64,000 nt of DNA from Treponema sp. Lineage in GTDB: Bacteria > Spirochaetota > Spirochaetia > Treponematales > Treponemataceae. Each line of letters opens with the position of its first letter. Positions within the stretch are counted from its first letter, which is position 1. Made by a program: the position numbers and the translations under genes. The notes beneath the pieces were generated by a model. It was not told the DNA's origin, ran no database searches, and saw only the letters and a program-made list of their open reading frames with translations. Positions 13,937 through 24,664 of the stretch are shown here, piece by piece. The stretch lies in contig JAFSJX010000105.1 of assembly GCA_017449285.1 (NCBI GenBank), forward strand, positions 112,687 to 176,686, written 5' to 3'.

Positions 13937-16735
13937 ATGAAAAAGAATTCTTTTAAGATTATGCTGGTTTGTACGCTGATGCCGCTCTTGTTCGGTTGTC
14001 TCAGCACTGGCAAACGAGATGAGTCGATTCAAAGCCTGATAAAACAGGGACGCTATGATGAGGCAAAAGAGCGTTTCGGCACAAAAGAAAATATCAATGC
14101 GCAGGATGAGGACGGAAATACGGCGCTCCATGTTGCGGCACGTATGAACGAGTCGGAACTATGCAGTTTCCTCATCATAAAGGGTGCGAATACCGAAATC
14201 GTAAATATGTCGGGAGACACTGCGCTGCTTGTGGCGGTAAAAAATGAATGCAAGACTGCCGCACACGCATTGACCAAACTGAGCGCCAATATTTTCGCAA
14301 AAGACGCGGAAGACAATTCTGCGATTGAACTTGCCCTTGCAAAGGAAGAACCGTGGTATGACGTAATGATAAATGCGCAGACTGGAAAAATCCGCAGCGT
14401 AGACGGAGAAACCATCGTCCACTATTTTGTGAAGACGCGCGATGAAAAAGCAATCGGTATGTGCATCCGTTCGGAACTTCCTATATCAGAAAAAGATAAC
14501 GAGGGCATAACTCCGCTTGCGCTCGCATTTCAGTCGCCAAAAGATTCTGCGGCAATCCGCATTGCAGTTCAGCTTATTCTCGGTGGCTCAGAATTGGTAC
14601 GCGGCGACTTCGATTATTTTGAAGATTCAATCAAAACCCACAATGTTCTGCTTCGTTTCACTGACGGCCAGACTCCGCTCCATCTTGCAACAATTCTTGG
14701 TCATACAGGAGTAGTTGACTATCTTCTGAAGAACAACGGCTCTATTCGCGTACAGGATATGATGCAAGCCCAGGACATCGGTGGCGCGACCCCCCTGCAT
14801 GAGGCTGTCCGTTATGGTCGTGACGACATCGTAAAACTACTTCTCGCAAAGGGAGCAAACGTAAACGCCCTTGATGCGATGGGGAAGACTCCCTTCCTGC
14901 TGATTATTCCCGTAAACGCCCAACTTCCGATTTATACGATGCTTATAAAAGCGGGCGCAAAGGTAGACCAAAAAGATATGTATGGCGACACGGTTCTGCA
15001 TATCGTCACTATGGGGGCGACAACGAACGAAGTGCTTAAACTGCTGGTTTCAAAAGGTGCGCCCATCAACGAACGGAATAAGCAAGGCGTAACGCCGCTC
15101 CAACTTGCGGTGGAAAAAAATCTTGGGGCGCACGTGCTGTTCTACGCGAATTCGGGCGCGGACATCAATGCAGAGGATAAGGAAGCAAATACGCCGCTCA
15201 CTCTTGCCTTGCACAAAAAAGACATTGAGATGATTCAGACACTGATTACCAAAAAGAATGTAACGGCAAAAGATTCCGCAGGAAACACTCCCCTGCACAC
15301 GGCTATCCTGCACGATGCTCCGTTTGAATACATTCAGTACATCGTGAACACCGGAGCAGACGTGAATGCACGCAACAAGGACGGAGATTCAGTTCTCTAT
15401 CTTGCCACGCAGAAAAATATGAAAAACGTGGGTGAACTGCTCATCGACAAGGGCGCGGATATTTTTGCCACCAATATGCAGAATTATTCTCCGCTCAGAC
15501 TGGCTCTTGAAGCAGGTGGTGACGTGCAGAGTTGGCTGATTACTTCCCGCACGATGAATATGACCGACGGAAGCGGAAACACTCCCCTGCACTATGCGTC
15601 TGAATGGACCCTGAACAAGGCAGTTCTTTCGTTGATTGAAAAAGGAGCGCAAATCAATGCGGTCAATTCAAACGGTGAGACAGCGTTGTTCTCTGCGGTA
15701 AAGGCAGACAGTCCTTCAACGATTAATGTGCTTGCAGAAAACGGAATCGTCACCGATGCCCGCAGCAATCTGACCCGCGACCATTTGGGCAATACACCGC
15801 TCCATGCCGCAGGAAGATGGAACGCACTCCACGCCGCACAGACGCTTCTGACATTCGGAATGGACGTAAACGCACAGAACCTAAGCGGAAAAACGCCGTT
15901 AAGTGATTGCTGCCGTTCGGGAAAAACTGAGATGGCACAACTTCTAATCATGAACGGAGCGAACGTAAACGCAACGGATGCGGCAGGTCGTTCGATTCTG
16001 ATTGACGCGGTTCAGGCTCGGAATGAAAGCATGGTTTCGTTGCTTTTGCAGTATGGCGCAAATCCGCAGATTCAGGAGATGTCAGGACGTAATGCATATC
16101 ATGAAGCGGCTTTGAATGGAAACACAAACATCATCACTATGCTACGAAATGCAGGAGGAAATCCGCTTAGCCGCGACAGTTATGGTGAAACGCCGTTCTC
16201 TCTTGTCCTGCGCTCAAATGACGAGAATCTGATTCACACGGTACTCGGCGCAAACACAATGATAGTTGACTCTGATGGAAACACGCCGATACACATCGCC
16301 GTTGAAAGACAGGCATCCGCAAAAATGCTGAATATGTTGCTGAACATGGGGTATCCGATAAATCAGCGCAACGGAAAAGGCATCACCCCGCTCTATCAGG
16401 CGGTTATCTCAAATCAAAAGACGCTGGTAGAAGCGCTTCTGGAAAGAGGGGCAGACCCATTCGTTGCGACAACTTCGGGCGACAGCGCGCTTCTGAACAC
16501 TATTACCGCGAAAAACTACGGTCTGCTTGACATCATTGCAAAGTATTGTGCTACAGGAACGGATATGCAGGGCGACACCATCATGCACTATGCGGCGCGC
16601 GCTGCTGACACGGAAACGGTTCAGCGTCTGCTTCAGATGAATCTTGACCGTAAGGTACGAAATATTTCCGGCGAGACTCCCGCTGATATGGCTGCCCGCT
16701 GGGGACGCGGAGACATCGCAATGCTGCTTCGCTAA
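13937..16735 (+). CDS. Ankyrin-repeat lipoprotein (about 25 ANK repeats)
   Basis: Signal peptide with lipobox (LLFGC). Reiterated G-TPLH-A...G....V..LL..GA motifs throughout. Confidence 0.85.
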   Translation: MKKNSFKIMLVCTLMPLLFGCLSTGKRDESIQSLIKQGRYDEAKERFGTKENINAQDEDGNTALHVAARMNESELCSFLIIKGANTEIVNMSGDTALLVAVKNECKTAAHALTKLSANIFAKDAEDNSAIELALAKEEPWYDVMINAQTGKIRSVDGETIVHYFVKTRDEKAIGMCIRSELPISEKDNEGITPLALAFQSPKDSAAIRIAVQLILGGSELVRGDFDYFEDSIKTHNVLLRFTDGQTPLHLATILGHTGVVDYLLKNNGSIRVQDMMQAQDIGGATPLHEAVRYGRDDIVKLLLAKGANVNALDAMGKTPFLLIIPVNAQLPIYTMLIKAGAKVDQKDMYGDTVLHIVTMGATTNEVLKLLVSKGAPINERNKQGVTPLQLAVEKNLGAHVLFYANSGADINAEDKEANTPLTLALHKKDIEMIQTLITKKNVTAKDSAGNTPLHTAILHDAPFEYIQYIVNTGADVNARNKDGDSVLYLATQKNMKNVGELLIDKGADIFATNMQNYSPLRLALEAGGDVQSWLITSRTMNMTDGSGNTPLHYASEWTLNKAVLSLIEKGAQINAVNSNGETALFSAVKADSPSTINVLAENGIVTDARSNLTRDHLGNTPLHAAGRWNALHAAQTLLTFGMDVNAQNLSGKTPLSDCCRSGKTEMAQLLIMNGANVNATDAAGRSILIDAVQARNESMVSLLLQYGANPQIQEMSGRNAYHEAALNGNTNIITMLRNAGGNPLSRDSYGETPFSLVLRSNDENLIHTVLGANTMIVDSDGNTPIHIAVERQASAKMLNMLLNMGYPINQRNGKGITPLYQAVISNQKTLVEALLERGADPFVATTSGDSALLNTITAKNYGLLDIIAKYCATGTDMQGDTIMHYAARAADTETVQRLLQMNLDRKVRNISGETPADMAARWGRGDIAMLLR

Positions 16736-16755
16736 GCATATAGACGAGGAGAAAA

Positions 16756-16776
16756 AGGGACGTAATTCGCGTCCCT
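16756..16776. terminator. Bidirectional terminator between the ankyrin and TrpR-like genes
   Basis: agggacg taattcg cgtccct, followed by a T-run at 16779-16786. Confidence 0.65.
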
Positions 16777-17087
16777 TATTTTTTTGTCAAATCAAGGAGA
16801 CGGCGGAACGCACTGTCAGGCTTTTTCAGTTCACGCGAGCCACGAGTAATCTTACACAGACTCATTCCGTATTTGCGGGCAATCTCCCGCTGGGTAGTAC
16901 CAGCATCAAGTTCACGCACCAAAAGCCAGCGCATGGCAAAGTCTTTCAGTTCCGCCGGCGTAAAAAGACAGCCAAAAAAATCATATATAAACTGCGGGTC
17001 GTGATTATCTGAAAGCAGCTGGCAGATTTCCCGCATAGCCGCTTCCAGTTTTTCGTCCCGCTCCGTTGTATCTGCGTTCTGTTCCAT
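16776..17087 (-). CDS. TrpR-like regulator (YerC/YecD family)
   Basis: LFTPAELKDFAMRW...TQREIARKYGMSLCKITRGSRELKK matches the Trp-repressor fold signature. Start MEQNAD at 17087. Confidence 0.75.
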   Translation of the reverse strand: MEQNADTTERDEKLEAAMREICQLLSDNHDPQFIYDFFGCLFTPAELKDFAMRWLLVRELDAGTTQREIARKYGMSLCKITRGSRELKKPDSAFRRLLDLTKK

Positions 17088-17093
17088 AGAAAC

Positions 17094-17104
17094 AGTATAG
17101 CACA
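17094..17104 (-). promoter_or_regulatory. Extended -10 box TGTGCTATACT, 6 nt upstream of the ATG (leaderless)
   Basis: The same 11-mer recurs at 32610..32620 and 36244..36254, and TGTGCTATAAT occurs at 40738..40748. Confidence 0.5.
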
Positions 17105-17150
17105 AATTAGTTTTTTTGTCACACGGATAATTCGTTCCGCGTTACAACAC

Positions 17151-18662
17151 TTATTTATCGAATTTCTGCTTTGCTACGACCAGTGCCAGGAACAAAAGAA
17201 TCGCACCGACAATCCATGAGATGATGCCGCTGACAACGATGCCTAATTCCTGCGTAAAGCCTGCAATGATGTAGGTAAGGAACGAAATGGCAGCCACGGT
17301 AAGCGCATACGGCAACTGTGTCGAGACATGGTTCACATGGTCACACTGCGCGCCAGCACTCGCCATAATCGTTGTGTCGGAAATCGGGGAGCAGTGGTCG
17401 CCGCAGACAGCACCCGCCATACAGGCAGAGATGGAGATGATGCGCAATGGGTCGCCAGCACCAGGAAAGACGGCGATACAAATCGGAATCAAAATGCCGA
17501 ATGTACCCCAACTCGTTCCCGTGGCGAATGCAAGCAAGGCAGCAATCACAAAGATAATCGCGGGCAGGAAATTCTTGAATCCCTGCGCACTACTTTCCAC
17601 AAGACCCGCTACATATTTTGGCGCATCCAGAGAATCGGTTATCGCTTTGAGCGTCCATGCCAAGGTCAGAATAAGGATTGCAGGAACCATCGCCTTGAAG
17701 CCGTCGGGAATACAGGACATGCACTCTTTGAACGAAAGCACTTTGCGAATCAAATAGACCGCAATGGTCAGAATCATGGCGGCAAATGAGCCGAGTACAA
17801 GTCCTACCGAAGCGTCACTGTTTGCAAATGCGTCCACAAAACCCTTGTGGTCTTCCCCGCTCGCAAAAAATCCACCCGTGTAAATCATGCCCAACGTGCA
17901 GAGCAGAATCAGGCTCGCAATCGGGAACACAAGGTCGAACACGGTACCGTGGGAAGACGTTTTTTTCTCCTCTTCATCATCAAGCAGACTTTTTCGGCTG
18001 TTCTCAAACTTTGCCATCGGGCCGAATTCAAAATTCATAAAAACCAGAAGGAACATCATGCCAATCGTAAAGAATGCATAGAAATTGAACGGAATCGCCT
18101 TGCAGAAAAGCGCAAGTCCGTTTTCCCCCTCGCTCACAAAGCCCGCAACAGCCGCCGCCCAAGAAGAAATCGGCGCGATGATGCAGACAGGAGCCGCTGT
18201 CGCATCAATCAGGTATGCCAGTTTTTCGTGGGAAATTTTGTATTCTTTGGTAATCGGGCGCATAACAGTGCCAACCGTAAGACAGTTAAAATAGTCGTCG
18301 ATAAAAATCAGAACGCCAAGGCAGATTGTGGCAACCTGCGCGCCCGCTTTTGTCTTGATGTGCTTTTTTGCCCATTCGCCAAAGGCCGCAGAGCCGCCCG
18401 CACGATTCATCAGCGCGACCATCGTTCCCAGCACGACCAGGAACACCAGAATGCCCACGTTCCAACTGTCAGAAAGCTGCTTTATCATGCCTTCGTTAAA
18501 GACGTGGGTGAAAAAACCCGTAAATCCGCTTCCTGCGTCAATCGCAAAGAATGCGCCGCCAATCAAAATACCAACAAAAAGAGAAGAATACACTTCCTTT
18601 GTGATAAGTGCCAGCGCAATCGCGACAATCGGCGGCACAAGAGACCAAAACGTTCCTACCAT
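17151..18662 (-). CDS. nhaC: Na+/H+ antiporter NhaC family
   Basis: 503 aa polytopic membrane protein with NhaC-like sequence (DDYFNCLTVG, SPISDTTI). Confidence 0.8.
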   Translation of the reverse strand: MVGTFWSLVPPIVAIALALITKEVYSSLFVGILIGGAFFAIDAGSGFTGFFTHVFNEGMIKQLSDSWNVGILVFLVVLGTMVALMNRAGGSAAFGEWAKKHIKTKAGAQVATICLGVLIFIDDYFNCLTVGTVMRPITKEYKISHEKLAYLIDATAAPVCIIAPISSWAAAVAGFVSEGENGLALFCKAIPFNFYAFFTIGMMFLLVFMNFEFGPMAKFENSRKSLLDDEEEKKTSSHGTVFDLVFPIASLILLCTLGMIYTGGFFASGEDHKGFVDAFANSDASVGLVLGSFAAMILTIAVYLIRKVLSFKECMSCIPDGFKAMVPAILILTLAWTLKAITDSLDAPKYVAGLVESSAQGFKNFLPAIIFVIAALLAFATGTSWGTFGILIPICIAVFPGAGDPLRIISISACMAGAVCGDHCSPISDTTIMASAGAQCDHVNHVSTQLPYALTVAAISFLTYIIAGFTQELGIVVSGIISWIVGAILLFLALVVAKQKFDK

Positions 18663-18665
18663 TTT

Positions 18666-18836
18666 TTACTTTCCTTCCTTTGAAAGAGATTTAAAATCAG
18701 TTTTCAGCGGATTTTTAACGCCGTCGTTTTCCAGTTTTTCGATGATTGCAATCGCGTAGTTCAGTTTGTCCAGCAAATCTGCCGCGCAATAGGTTTTGAT
18801 TTTTTGGAGCGCGTCCAAAACTTCGGTATTTGTCAT
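18666..18836 (-). CDS. Hypothetical 56-aa protein upstream of nhaC
   Basis: Read manually (MTNTEVLDALQKIKTYCAADLLDKL...). AAGGAGGAAC lies upstream and the stop is 3 nt before the nhaC ATG. Confidence 0.4.
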   Translation of the reverse strand: MTNTEVLDALQKIKTYCAADLLDKLNYAIAIIEKLENDGVKNPLKTDFKSLSKEGK

Positions 18837-18876
18837 AGTTCCTCCTTATAGTCCTATGTTCTATCTTCTTATGAAT

Positions 18877-19854
18877 TCATTCTAAAACACATCTTACTTT
18901 GTGTCTATCTCCGATTTCTTTCCACTCAGGAATTTCCGAGCGGCATTTTTCGCTTGCATGGGAACAGCGGTAGGCGAACGGACAGCCACGCAGAGTTTCC
19001 AGCGTTGTCTTGACCTCGCCGTTTGTCGCCGCATGAGTTCCGTTGCTTCCCGCAAAGAGCAGTTTGGTGTACGGATGTGCGGCAGATTTGTACAAATCGG
19101 CGGCGGGGGCTTCCTCAACCAAAAGACCGCTGTACATCACGCCAATGGTGTCACAAAAATAGCAGGAGACCCGCAAATCATGGGCGATGAACAAAAATGA
19201 GATGCCGCGCTTTTCACGAATCTCCTGCAGGAGATTGAGAATCTGGCTCTGCACGGAAACGTCGAGCGCACTCACAACCTCGTCGCAGAACATCACTTCC
19301 GGCTTCATAATGAGCGCGCGCGCAATGGAAATACGTTGCCGCTGTCCGCCTGAAAATTCGCTGGGTCTGCGCTCCAAATCGCTGGGGTCAAGCCCTACTT
19401 CTTCCATAATATGCGCCGCCTCGTCATACGCGACTTTTTTTCCCGGCCAGATTGACGAATACTTGTAACTTGCCGTAAGGATATTAAACACCGTGAGCCG
19501 CGGATTGAGTGAGCGTGACGGGTCTTGGAACACGTACTTAATTTTTTCGCGGTAGCGGCGCAATTCGGCGCGGTTGTAAAGGAGAATATTCTGGGGGTCG
19601 CCGTCGCTCGCCCTGCTTTCTTTTGGCGTATACCAGATTGAGCCTCCATCGGCTTTGTACATTCTGACAAGCATTCTTGCCGTCGTTGTTTTTCCGCAGC
19701 CACTTTCGCCCACAAGGCCATAGGTTTTTCCGCGCTCAATGCCGAATGAAACGTCGTTCACCGCGTAGACAAATCGGTCGTTTTTGGCGAAAAATCCTGC
19801 ATCCAGCGTAAACTTTTTGGTCAGGTGGTCGGCTTGAATAATATAATCGCTCAT
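18877..19854 (-). CDS. oppF: Oligopeptide/dipeptide ABC transporter ATP-binding protein (OppF/DppF type)
   Basis: Walker A GESGCGKTT, signature LSGGQRQR, and a C-terminal oligopeptide-transporter domain (HPYTKLL, CPFAYRC). Confidence 0.85.
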   Translation of the reverse strand: MSDYIIQADHLTKKFTLDAGFFAKNDRFVYAVNDVSFGIERGKTYGLVGESGCGKTTTARMLVRMYKADGGSIWYTPKESRASDGDPQNILLYNRAELRRYREKIKYVFQDPSRSLNPRLTVFNILTASYKYSSIWPGKKVAYDEAAHIMEEVGLDPSDLERRPSEFSGGQRQRISIARALIMKPEVMFCDEVVSALDVSVQSQILNLLQEIREKRGISFLFIAHDLRVSCYFCDTIGVMYSGLLVEEAPAADLYKSAAHPYTKLLFAGSNGTHAATNGEVKTTLETLRGCPFAYRCSHASEKCRSEIPEWKEIGDRHKVRCVLE

Positions 19855-19857
19855 ATC

Positions 19858-21708
19858 TCACTTCGTAACGAACGCAATCGCGCCATCCCAGTTTTTAGGT
19901 GGGTTCTTGATAAATTCCGCACAACGGGAAAACATCAGTTTTGCAGCCTTGTCTCCTGGTAAGGCGGAAAGTGCCTTCTCAAAATAATCTCGTGCCAAGT
20001 TCCAAATGCCCTGTTTGTACAAATCCATTCCCTTGATGTACGAATCCTTGTATGCGAACGGAAATTCATCTTCGCTGCGGTCAACGGCATAAATGGAGAC
20101 TGCATCTTTTTTGCCTTTTACGCGAACGTCATCAAGATGGCGGAAACAGAACGAATCTTCGCCCGCATCTTCCAGTACGCTCTGGCTGACCAGAATCTGC
20201 GTACCGTATGTCTTGGTCAGTCCCTCAAGGCGGCTTGCAAGATTTACGTTGTCGCCGATAACGGAATAGTCGGTCTTGTCTTTTGAGCCGATTGAGCCAA
20301 CGATTATATCGCCGTAGTGAATGCCGATGCCAATGTTGAACTTCATCCCTTCTGGCAGAACCAAGTCGCCCAGTTCCACGGTGGGAAGAGCCGCCCGCAT
20401 CTCACAGGCTGCGGCAACCGCACGACGGCAATTGTCCTTGTAACTGACGGGAGTGCCGAATTCCGCCATAATCGCGTCTCCGATGAATTTGTCGATTGTG
20501 CCGCCATGTTTTTTGATGATTTCGACCATCGTGGAAAAATAGCGGTTCAAAAAGGCAACCAGCACGTCCGCCTTGTTCTTTTCGCTGATGTTCGTAAACG
20601 CACGGATGTCGCTGAAAAGTATTGCCACCGCCCTTGTTTCGCCAACGCTGATTTTTTCATTTTTTTCGTCGGACTGCATAACCAGACTGTCGATAATTTC
20701 TTCCGGCACAAAACGGCTGAATGCGCGGCGGATTCGCTTTTCAAAAAAGATTTTTTCTTTGACAATCAGTGCCTTGTCAAAAACAGGGGCGGCGTTTTTT
20801 ACGCAGAAGAGGAAGAGATTTCTTTTTTCCCGCGTGATGTTGCCTTCGCTTACGATATGCACCGTGCCGAACCGTTTGCTGCCCGAAATTGTCTTAAAGG
20901 TTTCGCTCTCATAACTTGAAAGCTGGACGGTTTCGCTGAAAAATCGGTCAAGTTCAGGATTGATACCCAGCCGCTTGGGAACGATTTTAACCGCATCGTA
21001 ATTTTTCTGCACGCTTCCAAAATCAGCCACGCATACGTTCAGGAAATCTGCAATCTCTTTTTTGCCAATATTGCCGGAACTAACAAAATAGCCGTGCGGG
21101 CCGTCATTTTCTACGACATACAGGGCAGCAATCGGCACTTCGCAGACTTCGGCGATAAAAAGCAAAAATGACTTTACGATTTCTTCAAGGCTTTCAAGAC
21201 TGTCTATCAGATTCAGCAGTTTTTCGAGCATCGCGTTTTTGCGGGATTCCCAGTGCAACAGTTCCGCCGTTTTTTGAAAAAGAAACGTGTCGTCAAACTT
21301 GCCCTGCTTTTGCGCCATAAACGAATTGTCCAGCTCAGGCACGGAAAGTTCGGCAAGCACCGCCACTTTCTGCACAAATGAATCGCGGTCAAGCCTAATA
21401 AAAGAAGTTACCCCACATTCCAGGGCAAAAACTTCGTCAAGCGGGGTTGGGAAATTGGCGTACATACCGATTGCCAAATCCTCAAAACAGTCCATTGACC
21501 GCAGAATTCTGACGATTTCAAAACTGCGTGGGCTCTGAATGTCAAAATTCAGCAGGAACAAGTCCGGGGGAAATTCAAAAAGATAATAGAGGGCTTTTCT
21601 TCCGTCAGTCACAAATTCAAGCGTGTACTGCTCTTTGTCCAGCGTTTCGGTGAAAATTTTTTGCAATGTCGCGGAAGTTTCAAGGATAAGAATCGTTTTC
21701 GCCATCAT
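19858..21708 (-). CDS. Receiver-like domain / central sensory domain / class III adenylate-guanylate cyclase / TPR-like tail
   Basis: Cyclase motifs AILFSDIRAFT, FIGDAIMAEFG, GIHYGDIIVGSIGS, VIGDNVNLASRLE. The N-terminus is REC-like (LILETS...LFLLNFDIQSP). The start overlaps the cheA stop (ATGA). Confidence 0.8.
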   Translation of the reverse strand: MMAKTILILETSATLQKIFTETLDKEQYTLEFVTDGRKALYYLFEFPPDLFLLNFDIQSPRSFEIVRILRSMDCFEDLAIGMYANFPTPLDEVFALECGVTSFIRLDRDSFVQKVAVLAELSVPELDNSFMAQKQGKFDDTFLFQKTAELLHWESRKNAMLEKLLNLIDSLESLEEIVKSFLLFIAEVCEVPIAALYVVENDGPHGYFVSSGNIGKKEIADFLNVCVADFGSVQKNYDAVKIVPKRLGINPELDRFFSETVQLSSYESETFKTISGSKRFGTVHIVSEGNITREKRNLFLFCVKNAAPVFDKALIVKEKIFFEKRIRRAFSRFVPEEIIDSLVMQSDEKNEKISVGETRAVAILFSDIRAFTNISEKNKADVLVAFLNRYFSTMVEIIKKHGGTIDKFIGDAIMAEFGTPVSYKDNCRRAVAAACEMRAALPTVELGDLVLPEGMKFNIGIGIHYGDIIVGSIGSKDKTDYSVIGDNVNLASRLEGLTKTYGTQILVSQSVLEDAGEDSFCFRHLDDVRVKGKKDAVSIYAVDRSEDEFPFAYKDSYIKGMDLYKQGIWNLARDYFEKALSALPGDKAAKLMFSRCAEFIKNPPKNWDGAIAFVTK

Positions 21709-23810
21709 GCCTCTCCTACAAGTTCTTTTATCGTGCTGATAAGTTTTCCGCGTTCAAAACCGCCCTTTGAAATAATCGCGCTCGCCCGCAAGCGGTCAAA
21801 TTCACGCTGCACCTCATCGCTTTGGTCTGCGGAAACGATGACGACCGGCGCATTTTTGTACTGCTCCATGCGGCGCAAATTGTCCAAAAGCACCAGCCCT
21901 GTCATACGTGGCATATCTTTGTCGCTCAAAATCAGGTCATACTGCTTTTCGCGCGCCTTTTCAAGGCCATCCAGCCCATCAAACGCCGTATCCACGACAA
22001 ATCCCGCGCCTTCAAGAATCGTCTTTTCAATCTGCCGCGTCGTGTCAGAATCATCGACTACAAGAATCCGCACCGTCCGTTTTTTGGTCGCCGCCTCGTA
22101 CTTTTTGATGTCATAGCTACGGAGCGACTTAAATTTTTTAAGGATGTCCGGCACGTGGAGAATCGGCACAATGTCATAATGCTCGTCAAAAACGATGCCC
22201 TGCAGAATCGAAAAATTCTTAAACGCCTTTGGAAGCGGTTTTACCACGAGCGAAACATACTGCTGCACTTCCTCCACAATAATGCCGATTCGCTGTTCCA
22301 TATATTCGGCGATGAGAATGGAATCTGCTTCCTGATTATAGATTCCTTTCCGCTCATCAAACAGCGTGGAAAGCGAAAAGCACGGGATAAGTTGCCCCTC
22401 AACTTTGATGTAACTCTGGTTGTGCAGGGTGATATATTCGCTTTTCTTTCTATATATAATGTCAACAATGTGTTGCGCGGGAATAAGATATTTGTCCTTG
22501 TTTGAGAAAACGAACAGCCCCTGCAAGGTTGAAAGCGAAAGCGGAAAGTGCAAAATGAAAGACGTGCCTTTTCCCGCCTCGCTTTCAATTTTGATTCTGC
22601 CCTTGATTTTTTCAACGTTTGCCCAGACGACATCAAGACCCACGCCTCGACCCGAAAGTTCCGTAACGGTGTCTTTGGTGGAAAAGCCTGACTGGAACAA
22701 AAACTGGGAAAGTTCCTTGTCGCTCATCTTTTTGATTTCGTCCGCCCGTTCAGGATACAGGCTGTTCGCTTTGGCACGAATTTTGTCGTAGTCAAGACCA
22801 CGCCCGTCATCGCTGATTTTCAACTCAATATGCTTTGTCGCCCGCACACAGGTTATGCTGACCGTTCCAATCTCCGGTTTCCCCGCCGCCTTTCGCTCTT
22901 TGGGAGTTTCAAGTCCGTGGTCAAGGGCGTTCCGCACCAAATGCATAAGAATGTCGCCCAGTTCTTCCAAAATCACTTTGTCAATCGCAATGTCGGTCTC
23001 TGGAATCACGCACTTTACTTTTTTGCCCAGATTCATTGCCTCCAGCGCAATCGTGTTTTCCAGCGGGCGAAGGACGATGCTGATGGGAAGCATGCGGAGG
23101 TCAAACACCTGCTCCTGAACGCTGAAAATCGTGGTCTCCAGCGCGTAAATGTCCGACTCAAACTGCTTGCGGATTTTTGAGAGCGCGTGGCTGCCCGTTT
23201 TTTCCTCAATTTTCTGCAATTCACCAAGTTGGTGCTTCAGGTGGAATTCGCGCGTAATCATCGAATCAAACGCGGTGATAATCTCGTTCACGCGGGAAAG
23301 TTTGATGCGGATTGACTGGATTTCACTTACATTCTCGTTAAAATCATCCTCATCATCGTCAGCAACAAACTCGCCTTTTTCCCTGCGGATTTCGTCAAGG
23401 AAAGCGTCAACATCAATCAATTCGCCCGCCGCAAGTTTGTCGCAATACTGGAGATACCGCTCAATGTTCTGCTCATCCGTGCCCTTTTTTGCGATTGCTG
23501 AAGCGCACTCGGCGATTTTGTCCGCGGCGGCAAACACGAATTTCACGAGCCGCTCTGAATTCTTAATCTGCCCGTCCTTAACGCTCTTGTAAATATCCTC
23601 AACCGCATGCGACAATTTTTCAATCGTGGGAAAGCCGAGCATACGGGAATTTCCCTTTATCGTGTGCAGATTTCTGAGCAGACGGGTCATAATGTCAGAA
23701 TCATTCTGCGTCAGTTTTAAATCTATGATGTCTTTTCTGGAAGATTCAAGGAGTTCCTTTACTTCGCTGACAAAACTTTCGGTAATATCGGCTGAAACAA
23801 CGGCCATCAC
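21705..23810 (-). CDS. cheA: Chemotaxis histidine kinase CheA with fused C-terminal receiver
   Basis: Hpt (HTIKGNSRMLGF), HATPase (GRGVGLD), a CheW-like domain, and a canonical REC (VVDDSD, LILSDKDMP, AIISKG). Confidence 0.9.
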   Translation of the reverse strand: MMAVVSADITESFVSEVKELLESSRKDIIDLKLTQNDSDIMTRLLRNLHTIKGNSRMLGFPTIEKLSHAVEDIYKSVKDGQIKNSERLVKFVFAAADKIAECASAIAKKGTDEQNIERYLQYCDKLAAGELIDVDAFLDEIRREKGEFVADDDEDDFNENVSEIQSIRIKLSRVNEIITAFDSMITREFHLKHQLGELQKIEEKTGSHALSKIRKQFESDIYALETTIFSVQEQVFDLRMLPISIVLRPLENTIALEAMNLGKKVKCVIPETDIAIDKVILEELGDILMHLVRNALDHGLETPKERKAAGKPEIGTVSITCVRATKHIELKISDDGRGLDYDKIRAKANSLYPERADEIKKMSDKELSQFLFQSGFSTKDTVTELSGRGVGLDVVWANVEKIKGRIKIESEAGKGTSFILHFPLSLSTLQGLFVFSNKDKYLIPAQHIVDIIYRKKSEYITLHNQSYIKVEGQLIPCFSLSTLFDERKGIYNQEADSILIAEYMEQRIGIIVEEVQQYVSLVVKPLPKAFKNFSILQGIVFDEHYDIVPILHVPDILKKFKSLRSYDIKKYEAATKKRTVRILVVDDSDTTRQIEKTILEGAGFVVDTAFDGLDGLEKAREKQYDLILSDKDMPRMTGLVLLDNLRRMEQYKNAPVVIVSADQSDEVQREFDRLRASAIISKGGFERGKLISTIKELVGEA

Positions 23811-24664
23811 CGTACCTCCTTTTTATGAAAATAGAATACCGTTCCGTCAAAGACTTTTTCCAGCGACGACGGCATAATATCGGTGTCAATCTGGGCAATT
23901 TCGCTCATCGACACGAACAGAATTCCGTCAGGCGCAAGGCAACTTTCGGCGATAATGCGGAGAATCTTTGCGCGGAGTTCCTGATTGAAGTAGATAAACA
24001 CGTTACGCAAGAAAATGATGTTCTGATTTTTGGGCAGGAGCATTTTGCATGAAGGCACATCGATTACCGAAAGATTGATTTTTTGCGTTCTGATGCAGTC
24101 TTTTATCTCATCGGGGAAGACAATCTTTTTGTCATCTTTCCGATATGGCGCGAGCAAGCCCTGAAAAGCAACGCCGTCCACAGAGCGGATTGACGAATCC
24201 AAGAACACGCCGCTTTTGCAATGCTCCAGGACGATGGAATTGATGTCGCTCGCCGTCACCGAAACATTCAGCCCGCACGATTTTGCAAGCAACGCAAGGG
24301 AATAGGCTTCCTCACCGTAAGAACAGGCCGCGCTCCAAATCTTGATTCTCATGCTTCCGAACATCGCTTTCCACTGCGGGAAAATCGTATTTTTTAGGAC
24401 GGTAAACTGCTTTTCCTCGCGGAAAAAATAAGTTTCGTTCACCGTGCTTTCGTTCACGAATTCGGTAAAAAATACGTCGTCAGAAAGAAGCGCGTCCTTG
24501 CACTGCTCCACCGAAAGATTCTTTTCCTTGATTCTGCGCTCAATGTATGATTTGATGCCACCACGATGACTTGCCCGCGGAACGATTCCTGTCCGACTCT
24601 GTAAGATTGCGAGAATTGATTCAAATGCTTCTTCCGTAATGGTCACCAACTTGTCCTGAATCAT
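23807..24664 (-). CDS. cheR: Chemotaxis methyltransferase CheR
   Basis: NETYFFREEKQF and IWSAACSYGEEAYSLA motifs. 4-nt overlaps with both neighbours. Confidence 0.9.
   Translation of the reverse strand: MIQDKLVTITEEAFESILAILQSRTGIVPRASHRGGIKSYIERRIKEKNLSVEQCKDALLSDDVFFTEFVNESTVNETYFFREEKQFTVLKNTIFPQWKAMFGSMRIKIWSAACSYGEEAYSLALLAKSCGLNVSVTASDINSIVLEHCKSGVFLDSSIRSVDGVAFQGLLAPYRKDDKKIVFPDEIKDCIRTQKINLSVIDVPSCKMLLPKNQNIIFLRNVFIYFNQELRAKILRIIAESCLAPDGILFVSMSEIAQIDTDIMPSSLEKVFDGTVFYFHKKEVR

Noticed and set aside
17088-17105. ORF-track starts giving N-termini MCYT... (17105, 32621, 36255).
   Set aside because: The MCYT codons are just the reverse reading of the promoter box TGTGCTATACT. The true starts are the downstream ATGs at 17087, 32594 and 36237 (or 36126).
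19858-21708. The cyclase N-terminal receiver as a pseudo-receiver lacking the phospho-acceptor Asp.
   Set aside because: My first alignment put Asn at the acceptor position. Realignment using the D-x-x-x-P spacing (NFDIQSP, as in the CheB of this operon, GFDIHDP) places an Asp correctly. Only the DD pair (ET) and the T/K positions look atypical, so I do not claim it is non-phosphorylatable.
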